Shown piece after piece: positions 49,093 through 57,917 of a stretch of 64,000 bases of DNA. The translations under genes were made by a program, and so were the position numbers. Below the pieces are notes generated by a model. It was not told the DNA's origin and made no database searches. It saw only the letters and a list, made by a program, of their open reading frames with translations. Position 1 is the stretch's first letter, and the number at the start of each line of letters is the position of its first letter. The stretch is from an uncultured Actinomycetes bacterium (GTDB lineage Bacteria; Actinomycetota; UBA4738; HRBIN12), in NCBI GenBank assembly GCA_963704885.1, contig CAVPIB010000004.1:736001-800000 (forward strand), read 5' to 3'.

Positions 49093-50532
49093 TCAGTCGA
49101 GCGACCACATGACGTGCTTTATCTGCGTGTAGTCCTCGAGCGAATACATCGACATGTCCTTACCGTACCCGCTCTGCTTGTAGCCACCGTGCGGCATCTC
49201 CGGCGAGATCATGAAGTGCGTATTCACCCACACCGCGCCGAACTGGAGGCGCCGCGCTACACGAGCGGCCCTGGCAGCGTCGCGCGTCCAGACCGACGAC
49301 GCGAGGCCGTAGACCACGTCGTTCGCCCACGTCACGGCCTCTTCCTCGTCGTTGAACCGCTGCACCGTGACGACGGGACCGAACACCTCCTGCTGGATGA
49401 TCTCCGCCTTCTGGTCGTCCACGGTCACGACCGTCGGCTTGTAGTAGGCGCCCGGTCCTTCCACCGGTTCGCCGCCCGTCAACACCTTGCCGCCGGCCGT
49501 CTGGGCCCGGTCGACGAACCCCGCGACGCTCTCTCGTTGCTTCGCGGACACGAGCGGCCCCATCTCGACGGACTCGTCGGTGATGTCGCCAACCTTGATC
49601 GACTCCACGGCCGGCACGAGCTCGGCGAGCAGGTCCTCGTAGATCCCGGATCCCGCCACGACCCGGCACGAGGAGGTGCAGTCCTGGCCGGTGTTCGTGT
49701 AGCCGGCGAACTTCAGGGTCTCGACCAGCTTGGATACGTCGGCATCGTCGAACACGACGACCGGAGCCTTGCCGCCCAGCTCGAGGTGGACCCGCTTCAC
49801 CGTGTCCGCGGCGGCGCCCATGATGATCTTGCCTGTGGACGTGTCGCCGGTTACGGAGACGAGACGCACGTCGGGGTTGCGCACGAGCTGGTCCCCGATC
49901 TCCGACCCGTGACCGGTGATCACGTTGATCACTCCCGGCGGGAAGATGTCCGAGGCGAGCTCCCCCAGACGGAGCGCCGTGCGCGGCGTGATCTCGGCGG
50001 GCTTGATGACCGACGTGTTCCCGGCGGCGAGCGCAGGGCCGATCTTCCAAGCCACCATCATCAACGGGTAGTTCCACGGGCAGATGCCGACCGTGACCCC
50101 CAGCGGCTCGCGGCGGATCATGCTCGTGAAGCCACGCTCGTACTCGCCGGTGGACTTGCCCTCCTGCACCCGCGCCGCGCCGGCGAAGAACCGCAGGTTG
50201 TCGGTGATGAAGGGGATGTCGGCCGCCGACACGGAGATCGGCTTGCCCACGTCCTCGGACTCGAGCAGCGCGAGGTTGTCGGCATCGGCGTCCATCGCGT
50301 CCGCGAGCTTCAGCATCATCGCTGCTCGCTCCTTCGGCGGCGTGTCGAACCACACCTCGTCGTAGGCCTTCTGAGCAGCGGCGACGGCGCGATCCGCGTC
50401 TTCCCGGGTCGCCACCTGCACCGTGGCGACGGCTTGGTCGGTCGCGGGGTTGATGTCGGGCTCCGTCTCTCCCCTGCCCGAGTCCACCCACTCGCCGCCG
50501 ATGAGCATCTGCCAGGTCTTTCCGTCGGCCAT
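49093..50532 (-). CDS. gamma-aminobutyraldehyde dehydrogenase (PatD/YdcW-like)
   Basis: [21 protein letters not shown] and [25 protein letters not shown]. Divergent from gabT. Confidence 0.88.
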   Translation of the reverse strand: MADGKTWQMLIGGEWVDSGRGETEPDINPATDQAVATVQVATREDADRAVAAAQKAYDEVWFDTPPKERAAMMLKLADAMDADADNLALLESEDVGKPISVSAADIPFITDNLRFFAGAARVQEGKSTGEYERGFTSMIRREPLGVTVGICPWNYPLMMVAWKIGPALAAGNTSVIKPAEITPRTALRLGELASDIFPPGVINVITGHGSEIGDQLVRNPDVRLVSVTGDTSTGKIIMGAAADTVKRVHLELGGKAPVVVFDDADVSKLVETLKFAGYTNTGQDCTSSCRVVAGSGIYEDLLAELVPAVESIKVGDITDESVEMGPLVSAKQRESVAGFVDRAQTAGGKVLTGGEPVEGPGAYYKPTVVTVDDQKAEIIQQEVFGPVVTVQRFNDEEEAVTWANDVVYGLASSVWTRDAARAARVARRLQFGAVWVNTHFMISPEMPHGGYKQSGYGKDMSMYSLEDYTQIKHVMWSLD

Positions 50533-50776
50533 GCTTCCCTCACCTCCGTCTCGGAGCACGAACGCCGCATGGAACGGCGCGGACGCCGCCAGTATGCCGC
50601 TTCGGCGCCGAACCAGGATACTCATAGCTCGGTTCTCCTCCTTCACCCGCGAGCGACTTCCTCACTCGAGGCCGAGCCGGATCCCCGCGCCTGCCGAAGC
50701 CATACAGGGGTAGCCTGGAGCCATCGAACTCGACGCCCAGCCGCGTGGACGCGACGCCACGGAGGAGGAGACCCAT

Positions 50777-52114
50777 ATGGACATCCCGCAGGAGCGGAAG
50801 GTTGTCACCGAGATCCCCGGGGCGCGGTCCCTCGAGTGGATCGCTCGCCGGGCGGGGGCCATGCCGTCTGGATTCCCGACGATCCATCAGATCGTGGCCG
50901 CGCGCGCCTCGGGTGCCATCGTGGAGGACGTCGATGGGAACCGGCTGATCGACTTCGCCACCGGCATCGCGGTCCTGAACGTCGGCCACAGCGCGGACGA
51001 CGTGATCACGGCCGTCGAACGTCAGTTGGAGCGCGACACCCACACCTCCGGCGTGACCGCGAACGAGCCATCCATCGAGCTGGCCGAGAGGCTGAACGCT
51101 CTCACTCCCGGCGACTTCCCCAAGAAGACGTTCTTCGCCAACTCCGGCGCGGAGGCGGTGGAGAACGCCGTGAAGATCGCGCGCTACGCGACCGGCAGGC
51201 AGGCGATCATCTGCTTCGACCACGCGTTCCACGGGCGCACCCTCTTGGCGATGTCGCTCACCGCCAAGGTGATGCCGTACAAGCAGGGCTTCGGGCCGTT
51301 CGCGCCCGAGATCTACCGGCTGCCGTTCGCCTACCCGTACCGCTGGCCGGGCGGGGCTGAGCGTTGCGCGGAGGAGGCGCTCGCCTACGCGCTCGACGAG
51401 ATGCACAAGCACATCGGCGAACAGAACATCGCCGCCGTGATCGTGGAGCCTATCCAGGGCGAGGGCGGGTTCATCGTTCCCGCGCCCGGGTTCTTGAAGG
51501 GCCTGTCGGACTTCTGCACGGAGCACGGGATCGTGTTCGTGGCCGACGAGATCCAATGCGGCATGGGGCGGGCCGGACGCTGGTACGCGATCGAGGACGA
51601 GGGCGTCGTGCCGGACCTGGTTACCACCGCCAAGTCCTTGGGCGCGGGCTTCCCGATCTCGGCGGTGACCGGTCGCGCCGAACTGATGGACGCCGTGCAT
51701 CCGGGGGGACTCGGTGGGACGTATTCGACCAACCCGGTGGCCGCTGCCGCCGGCTTGGCCGTGCTGGACAAGATCGAGCGCGAGGGACTCCTGGAACGCT
51801 CTCGGGCGCTCGGCGACACGATCATGGCGCGATTCCGGTCCTTCGCGGACCGCTATCCGGTCGTGGGAGACGTGCGAGGACGCGGGGCCATGTGCGCGAT
51901 CGAGCTGGTGAGCGACCGGGCGACCAAGGAACCGCTCGGCGCCGACGCCATGAACGCGATCACCCGTCGGTGCCTGGAGAACGGCGTCATCGTGATCACC
52001 GCAGGAACCTACGGGAACGTCGTCCGCCTGCTGCCACCCCTCATCATCGACGACGCGCTGCTGGAGGACGGCCTGGACGTGCTGGACGACGCGATCGGGG
52101 CGGTAACGCCCTAG
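50777..52114 (+). CDS. gabT: 4-aminobutyrate aminotransferase (class III PLP)
   Basis: NSGAEAVENAVKIAR, FHGRT, EPIQGEGG, DEIQ and TAKS motifs. Confidence 0.88.
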   Translation: MDIPQERKVVTEIPGARSLEWIARRAGAMPSGFPTIHQIVAARASGAIVEDVDGNRLIDFATGIAVLNVGHSADDVITAVERQLERDTHTSGVTANEPSIELAERLNALTPGDFPKKTFFANSGAEAVENAVKIARYATGRQAIICFDHAFHGRTLLAMSLTAKVMPYKQGFGPFAPEIYRLPFAYPYRWPGGAERCAEEALAYALDEMHKHIGEQNIAAVIVEPIQGEGGFIVPAPGFLKGLSDFCTEHGIVFVADEIQCGMGRAGRWYAIEDEGVVPDLVTTAKSLGAGFPISAVTGRAELMDAVHPGGLGGTYSTNPVAAAAGLAVLDKIEREGLLERSRALGDTIMARFRSFADRYPVVGDVRGRGAMCAIELVSDRATKEPLGADAMNAITRRCLENGVIVITAGTYGNVVRLLPPLIIDDALLEDGLDVLDDAIGAVTP

Positions 52115-52156
52115 GGTCGCCGGGACCTGCCCACAGGGAGTTGCTAACGTCCGGGC

Positions 52157-53440
52157 GTGACGGCGCCCGCGGACGGCTCTGACCCCCCAGGTCGCGACTC
52201 CCGGCTGCGCCGGATCACGATCGATCTGACTCCGCTGCGCGTGTCCCGCGACTACCGGCTCCTCCTGGCCGGCAGCTTCACGTCGGAGCTCGGTTACCAG
52301 TTCGCCCGTATCGCTATCTATGTGCAGGTCACCGAGCTGACCGGCTCGGCGGCCGCCGTCGGCCTTGTGGGCCTCATCAGCCTGATCGCGCTCTTCCTCG
52401 GAACGCTGGTAGGAGGGTCGTTCATCGACGTCCACGATCGACGGACGACGCTCGCGTGGGCACAGGTCGCCCAGACCCTCAGCGCCGCGATCCTCCTCGG
52501 TGGCGCGCTCCACGGCCACCCACCCATCGGTCTCATCTACGCCGCTGCGGCGCTGCACGCGTTCGTGGGATCGATCGACCAGCCGACTCGCTCGGCGATG
52601 GCTCCTCGATTGGTAGGCAAAGACCTATTGCCCTCAGCGGTGGCGCTCAACCAGGTGTTGTGGCAGACGATCGGGATCATCGGTCCGGCTCTCGCCGGGA
52701 TCGTGATCGCGAGAGCCGGTTTCGGGCTGGCGTACGGGATCGATCTGGTGACCTACGGCGCTCTCTTCGTGGCCGCCCTCCTGATGCGACCGATGCGACC
52801 GGAGCACGACCCCGAGGCAGCCACCGGATGGGGAGCCGTGAAGGAGGGCTTCCGCTACGTGCGCAAGAACCGGCTGATCAGCTCCACGTTCGTGATCGAC
52901 CTGATCGCGATGATCTTCGGCATGCCGCAGGCGCTGTTCACGTTCCTGGCGGTGTCCCAGTTCCACCGGGGGCCCGAGATCGTGGGACTGCTGTTCGCCG
53001 CACCCGCTGTGGGCGCGCTCGTGCAGGCACTCGCCGCAGGATGGGCGAAGAACTTGCGACGACAGGGAGTGGCGGTGATCTGGTCTGTCGCCGCGTGGGG
53101 GGGCGCGATCGCGGCGTTCGGGCTGGTCGGGTCGAACCTGCCCCTCGCGCTCTTCTTCTTGGCGATCGCCGGCGCTGCCGACGTGATCTCGGCGATCTTC
53201 CGGTCCACGATCACGCAGGTGAACACCCCGGACCGCCTGCGCGGCAGGATGTCCCAGATCTTCATCCTGGTCGTCACCGGCGGCCCACGTCTGGGGGACT
53301 TCGAAGCCGGCCTGGTGGCGACCTGGTTCACGCCGACGGTGTCGGTCATATCGGGCGGCCTGGCGTGCATCGTAGGTGCGGGCTTCGTCGCGGTCGTGTA
53401 CCCGGAGCTCAGACGCTATCGCGCGGACCAGGCCGCCTGA
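52157..53440 (+). CDS. MFS transporter (EntS/DHA3-like)
   Basis: About 12 TM helices, with IDLIAMIFGMP, TPDRLRGR and GGPRLGD motifs. Confidence 0.88.
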   Translation: MTAPADGSDPPGRDSRLRRITIDLTPLRVSRDYRLLLAGSFTSELGYQFARIAIYVQVTELTGSAAAVGLVGLISLIALFLGTLVGGSFIDVHDRRTTLAWAQVAQTLSAAILLGGALHGHPPIGLIYAAAALHAFVGSIDQPTRSAMAPRLVGKDLLPSAVALNQVLWQTIGIIGPALAGIVIARAGFGLAYGIDLVTYGALFVAALLMRPMRPEHDPEAATGWGAVKEGFRYVRKNRLISSTFVIDLIAMIFGMPQALFTFLAVSQFHRGPEIVGLLFAAPAVGALVQALAAGWAKNLRRQGVAVIWSVAAWGGAIAAFGLVGSNLPLALFFLAIAGAADVISAIFRSTITQVNTPDRLRGRMSQIFILVVTGGPRLGDFEAGLVATWFTPTVSVISGGLACIVGAGFVAVVYPELRRYRADQAA

Positions 53441-53455
53441 GATACGGTTCCGCCC

Positions 53456-53761
53456 ATGTCCCGGCTCACCGACGGAGAAGTCCGCGCCGCGCTGGCGCAA
53501 GGTCTCGATGGATGGACGTACGACGGTCGCGCGGTCAGCAAGGAGTACGTGTTCAAGGGGTTCATGGCGGCCATCGACTTCATCGATCGACTGGCGGAGC
53601 AGGCCCAGTCGGCGCGTCACCATCCCGACCTAGAGAATCACTACAACCGCGTGCTCGTGTCGCTCACCACACACGACGAAGGGGGCGTGACCGAGCAGGA
53701 CGTCGCGCTCGCACGGGCGATCGAGTCGGTGGCCGAACCCGCGGAGCCGAACCAGACCTGA
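53456..53761 (+). CDS. pterin-4-alpha-carbinolamine dehydratase
   Basis: HHPDL and LTTHDEGGVTEQD motifs. Confidence 0.92.
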   Translation: MSRLTDGEVRAALAQGLDGWTYDGRAVSKEYVFKGFMAAIDFIDRLAEQAQSARHHPDLENHYNRVLVSLTTHDEGGVTEQDVALARAIESVAEPAEPNQT

Positions 53762-53762
53762 C

Positions 53763-55568
53763 ATGGCCGATCCCGTCCGCCTGGTGGAGCTCCGCGTGCT
53801 CGACGGCCCCAATCTGTACTTCACCCGTCCCGCGATCAAGCTGACGCTCGCCGTTCCCGGCTGGCTGCGCACGACAGAGGAACGGGTGACCGCGATAGTC
53901 GATCGCCTTGGGTTCCCCGCAGGCACCAAGGCTGGACCCCCGGGGAGCGATCAGCGGCGCAGGTTGGTCTCCCGCATCGCCGCGCACCTGGCGCGCCGGA
54001 CGGCGGTCGCCGGCGGCGCGCGACGCCTCTCGGTCCGGGCACGACCTGGGCCTGAGCGTGATCAGATCGTGGTGGCGTTCCCCTGGCGGCGGCGCGCCGC
54101 CGCCGAGTCGCTGGCGAACGAGATCGCCGACGGGATGAGCGCCTTGCTCCGCCGCTCGCCCGACCGGCTGATCGCCGAGGCCGGTAGGCGCCTCGCGGGC
54201 GTCGAGCCGGGTGACGCACCGGCCGTCCCGGACCCCGACGTTCCCGTGATCCAGGTGACGGGGACGAACGGCAAGACGACGACCGTGCGCCTCCTGGCCC
54301 ACCTGGTGCGGGCCGCGGGACTGCGGGTGGCCTACTCCTCGACGGACGGCGTGTACCGCGACGACGACGATCTGGTGGAGGCCGGCGACTACTCGGGGTT
54401 CGGAGGCGCGGCCCGGGCGCTCTCCCAGATCCCCGACATCGCGGTCCTTGAGACGGCGCGTGGCGGGATGCTCTTGCGCGGCGTGGGCGTGCAGCACAAC
54501 GACGTGGCCGTCGTGACCAACGTCAGCGACGATCACCTCGGATTGAACGGCGTGGACACCGTGGATCAGCTGGCCGAGGTGAAGAGCATCGTCACCCGCA
54601 TCACGCGGCCGGATGGTTGGGACGTCCTGAACGCCGACGACCCTCGCGTGCTGGCGATGCGCCGGCATGCGAGCGGACGCCCCTGGCTCTTTACCACCCA
54701 CCCGGATCATCCCGCGATCCGCGAGGTGCTCTCCGAAGGTGGCCGAGCGATCACCGTTCTGGACGACCGGTTGTCCTGGCTCGAGAGGCGACAGACCCAT
54801 CCGCTACTACCGGTCGTCGACGTCCCGGTGACCCTGGCCGGCCTCTCCAAGACGAACCTGCAGAACGCCATGGCCGCCACCGCGGCCGCCCTCGCCATAG
54901 GCCTGCCGGAACGTGCGGTCGTTCGGGGCTTGAGATCGTTCGTGTTGGACCCCGAGCGGAACCCGGGCCGCGCGAACCTGTTCCGGCTCGACGGCCGGAT
55001 CGTGGTTATCGACTACGCCCATAACGAAGCCGGGATGATCGGCCTCACGGAGATCTTGAACGGACTATGTCGCCGTGAGAGCGAGACTTGGCTCGCCATC
55101 TGTACGGCCGGCGACCGGACCGACGCCATCCTGCACTCGTTCGCGTTCAGAGCCGCGGTCGGTTCCGACCACCTGGGAGTGGCGGAGCTCCTCCACTACC
55201 TGCGTGGGCGCACGCGCGAGGACATCGTGGAGCGGCTGCGCGAGGGGGCGCGGGAGGCCGGTGTCGACGACGTGTCGGTCTACGACGACGAGCTCGTGGC
55301 CCTGCGCTCCTTGCTCGAGCGCTCATCTGCAGGTGACGTTGTGAGCGTCACGGCGCTCGGGAAGCGACCCGAGATCTTCGCCTGGCTGGACGGGGCCGGC
55401 GCCACACGGTTGAGCCCGGGCGAAGTCCGACGCCTGGTCCGCGCGGTGCGTCGGTCGCGCGAGACCGATGCCGACGCGGGGGCGACCACCGACCCGGGAC
55501 TAGACTGGATCGGATGCAGGTCGATCCTAAGACGCCTTCCGTCCACGCGATGGAGTCCCCACTCGTGA
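53763..55568 (+). CDS. cyanophycin-synthetase paralogue: N domain plus Mur-ligase domain, no ATP-grasp domain
   Basis: LRVLDGPNLY N-terminus, VTGTNGKTTT, ETARGG, TNVSDDHLG, NADDP, NPGRAN, DYAHN and GDR. The 3' end is uncertain: it overlaps otsA, and a TAG at 55501 lies one base out of frame. Confidence 0.85.
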   Translation: MADPVRLVELRVLDGPNLYFTRPAIKLTLAVPGWLRTTEERVTAIVDRLGFPAGTKAGPPGSDQRRRLVSRIAAHLARRTAVAGGARRLSVRARPGPERDQIVVAFPWRRRAAAESLANEIADGMSALLRRSPDRLIAEAGRRLAGVEPGDAPAVPDPDVPVIQVTGTNGKTTTVRLLAHLVRAAGLRVAYSSTDGVYRDDDDLVEAGDYSGFGGAARALSQIPDIAVLETARGGMLLRGVGVQHNDVAVVTNVSDDHLGLNGVDTVDQLAEVKSIVTRITRPDGWDVLNADDPRVLAMRRHASGRPWLFTTHPDHPAIREVLSEGGRAITVLDDRLSWLERRQTHPLLPVVDVPVTLAGLSKTNLQNAMAATAAALAIGLPERAVVRGLRSFVLDPERNPGRANLFRLDGRIVVIDYAHNEAGMIGLTEILNGLCRRESETWLAICTAGDRTDAILHSFAFRAAVGSDHLGVAELLHYLRGRTREDIVERLREGAREAGVDDVSVYDDELVALRSLLERSSAGDVVSVTALGKRPEIFAWLDGAGATRLSPGEVRRLVRAVRRSRETDADAGATTDPGLDWIGCRSILRRLPSTRWSPHS

Positions 55569-56992
55569 TCGCGTCGAACCGTGGCCCCCTCAGCTTCGAG
55601 CGCGACGACAGAGGCGAGCTGATCGCCCGTCGCGGCTCCGGGGGTCTCGTCACGGCCCTCTCCAGCGTCTTCTTCCGCGACGACATCACGTGGGTGTCGG
55701 CGGCGATGACCGAGGGTGATAGGGCGATCGCCGACTCCGGTGAGGAGGTGGCCCCCGAGGCCGGGATCCGCGTCCGATTCGTAGGGATCCCGGAGGATCG
55801 GTACGAGGCGTATTACAACCGGATCGCGAACGGCGTGCTGTGGTTCCTCCACCACTACCTCTGGGACATCGCGCGATCGCCCCGGTTCGGCGATGACACC
55901 GTGCGCGACTGGCAGGAGTTCGTCGAGGCCAACCGGAGCTTCGCTACCGTACTCGCGCAGCAAGCCGGCGACGCGCCCGTCTACCTGATCCAGGACTATC
56001 ATCTCGCGCTGGTCCCGGCCATGCTCCGTGAGCTCCGGCCCGACGCGAAGATCGTCCATTTCTCCCACACGCCGTTCGCAGGTCCCACCTACCTACGGAT
56101 CCTCCCGGTAGAGATGCGCTCGGCGCTCCTGCGCGGGATGGCGGGCGCCGACGTCGTCGGGTTCCAGGCCCGCACCTGGGCGGAGAATTTCCTGCTCTCG
56201 TGTCGCGGCCTGGAGGGGATGCGCGTGGACCTGCATCGGTGGCGGGTCTCCGACGACGAGCACCCCACCGTCGTGAGGACCTTCCCGGTAGGCGTGAACG
56301 CAGCCTCGATACGCCAGACGGCGGCGGAGCCCGACGTTCAGGCCACCCGCAAGGAGATCGAGCATGAACGCGGCGAGCGAGCCTTGTTGCTGCGAGTGGA
56401 CCGGCTGGAGCCGTCCAAGAACATCTTGCGCGGGTTCCTTGCCTACGAGCTTTTCCTGCGGCGCAACCCCGCGTGGCTCGGTCGCGTTCGGTTCCTGGCC
56501 CTTCTGAGCCCCTCCCGTGAGGACGTGCCCGAGTACCTGAACTACGGCGAGGAGTGCCTGGCGGAGGTGAAGCGGATCAACGCCGAGCTCGGCCGGGACG
56601 ACTGGGAACCGATCGACGTCCGCGTCCAAGAGGACTACGCGTACGCCGTCGCCGCGTACGGCGTCTACGACGCGATGCTCGTGAACCCCGTCTACGACGG
56701 CATGAACCTGGTCGCGATGGAGGGGCCGCTCATCAACCGCCGACACGGCGTCTTGATCCTGTCGCGCAACGCAGGCGCCTTCGGTCGACTGGGTCGCCAC
56801 GCGCTCTCGATCAACCCTTTCGACCTGGCCGAGACCGCCGAGGCTATCCGAGAAGGTCTCGAGATGCCCGACGAGGAGCGGACCCGACGCGCACGTGGTC
56901 TTTCTCGGATGGTGCAAGCGCATACGCCGGCCACCTGGCTCACCGAACAGCTCGAAGCCGTGGATCAGGTCCGAGGTCCGGCGACCGGCTGA
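55514..56992 (+). CDS. otsA: trehalose-6-phosphate synthase (GT20)
   Basis: ASNRGP, GGLV, QDYHL, HFSHTPF, RVDRLEPSK and DGMNLVAME motifs. TAGACT -10 box 7 nt before the ATG. Confidence 0.88.
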   Translation: MQVDPKTPSVHAMESPLVIASNRGPLSFERDDRGELIARRGSGGLVTALSSVFFRDDITWVSAAMTEGDRAIADSGEEVAPEAGIRVRFVGIPEDRYEAYYNRIANGVLWFLHHYLWDIARSPRFGDDTVRDWQEFVEANRSFATVLAQQAGDAPVYLIQDYHLALVPAMLRELRPDAKIVHFSHTPFAGPTYLRILPVEMRSALLRGMAGADVVGFQARTWAENFLLSCRGLEGMRVDLHRWRVSDDEHPTVVRTFPVGVNAASIRQTAAEPDVQATRKEIEHERGERALLLRVDRLEPSKNILRGFLAYELFLRRNPAWLGRVRFLALLSPSREDVPEYLNYGEECLAEVKRINAELGRDDWEPIDVRVQEDYAYAVAAYGVYDAMLVNPVYDGMNLVAMEGPLINRRHGVLILSRNAGAFGRLGRHALSINPFDLAETAEAIREGLEMPDEERTRRARGLSRMVQAHTPATWLTEQLEAVDQVRGPATG

Positions 56993-57002
56993 AGCTCGCG
57001 CT

Positions 57003-57330
57003 TCAGGGCGCGATCGCGCGGAGCAGCTCCCGCATCCCCACGGGTCCGTCTACTACCACGTCGGCCGCGGCGACGACCTCGGGCGGGAGCGACCCGCGTC
57101 ACCGCTCCGACCACGTCGGCCGAGACGGGGACAGCTCCCCCTCGTCGCCTAGACCGTAGAGCCCCGCGATCTGGACCCGGTCGACGCCCACGAGCTCGGC
57201 AACGTGGGCTCTTGGACGTCCCGACACCACAGCCACGAGCGCGTAGGCCAGGGTCAGCTCGCCAAGCACGTCCCTGATGCCTGGGTCGATACGCGCGAGT
57301 TCGGGACGTTCGACGAAATCGCTGCGATCA
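57003..57330 (-). pseudogene. otsB: trehalose-6-phosphate phosphatase (OtsB-like) remnant
   Basis: VERPELAR...VAVVSGR...AGLYGL, then an in-frame TGA at 57099, then the C-terminal PPEVVAAADVVVDGP. The DxDGT motif and the central part including GDDxxD are missing. Confidence 0.7.
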
Positions 57331-57359
57331 CCCCAGATCCCGCTGGGGATGCCCGTCGC

Positions 57360-57530
57360 CACCATGCTCGCGCCCTCTGCGAGAAGCTGCTCTCCTTGGC
57401 CAGCCCGCTCGGCCTGCACGCCGAGGAGCTCGATCCTGTGAGCGGCCGTCATCTCGGCAACTTCCCGCAGGCGTTCACGCACCTCGCCCTTATCAACGCC
57501 CTGATGCATGTGATCCACGCGGAGTCCGAG
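57360..57530 (+). pseudogene. C-terminal fragment of a GH15 glycoside hydrolase (trehalase/glucoamylase-like)
   Basis: ARALCEKLLSLASPLGLHAEELDPVSGRHLGNFPQAFTHLALINA, the GH15 C-terminal signature, with no upstream catalytic domain. Confidence 0.78.
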
Positions 57531-57563
57531 CAGGAGAGGACCGCAGCGTTTCCCGGCGAGGCG

Positions 57564-57905
57564 TCAGTCGGAGATCTGGCGGCTGCAGGCGACGCAGTAC
57601 GGGGTCCAGGGGATGGCCTCCAGACGCTCGGCGGGGATCTCAGAACCGCAGCGGACGCAGGCCCCGTACGCGCCGTCGTCGATCCTAGCCAGAGCGCCGT
57701 CGATGGCGGCGAGCGTTCCAGCGAGCGACCGGGCCGCCGAGGTCTGGTTGATGCGCTCCACCGCCTCCGTCGTTCCGTCGCCGACGCGCTTGCCGAAAGA
57801 AACCGTCGCCGTGGGGTCCCGCCGGACCTCGACGAGCGCTCCGAGTGAGGACCGCAGCTCATCGCGGCGGGCCTCCAGCTCCTGCTTGATCCGCTCCACG
57901 TCCAC
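57564..57905 (-). CDS. TraR/DksA C4-type zinc-finger protein
   Basis: Coiled coil followed by ALARIDDGAYGACVRCGSEIPAERLEAIPWTPYCVAC. Confidence 0.9.
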   Translation of the reverse strand: MDVERIKQELEARRDELRSSLGALVEVRRDPTATVSFGKRVGDGTTEAVERINQTSAARSLAGTLAAIDGALARIDDGAYGACVRCGSEIPAERLEAIPWTPYCVACSRQISD

Positions 57906-57917
57906 CTGGAGATCGCC

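Noticed and set aside
48859-51360. Long antisense/shadow ORFs (also 58026-60395, 30579-32513, 50540-52558, 35183-36730)
   Set aside because: They mirror well-supported genes and carry no motifs, as expected from stop-codon scarcity at high GC.
57099-57101. In-frame TGA in otsB as selenocysteine or readthrough
   Set aside because: Catalytic motifs and a large central segment are missing anyway, and the position is not a Cys site.
57204-57848. 214-aa ORF as an intact GH15 enzyme
   Set aside because: Only about 55 aa resemble GH15. The rest is antisense to the otsB remnant and the DksA gene.
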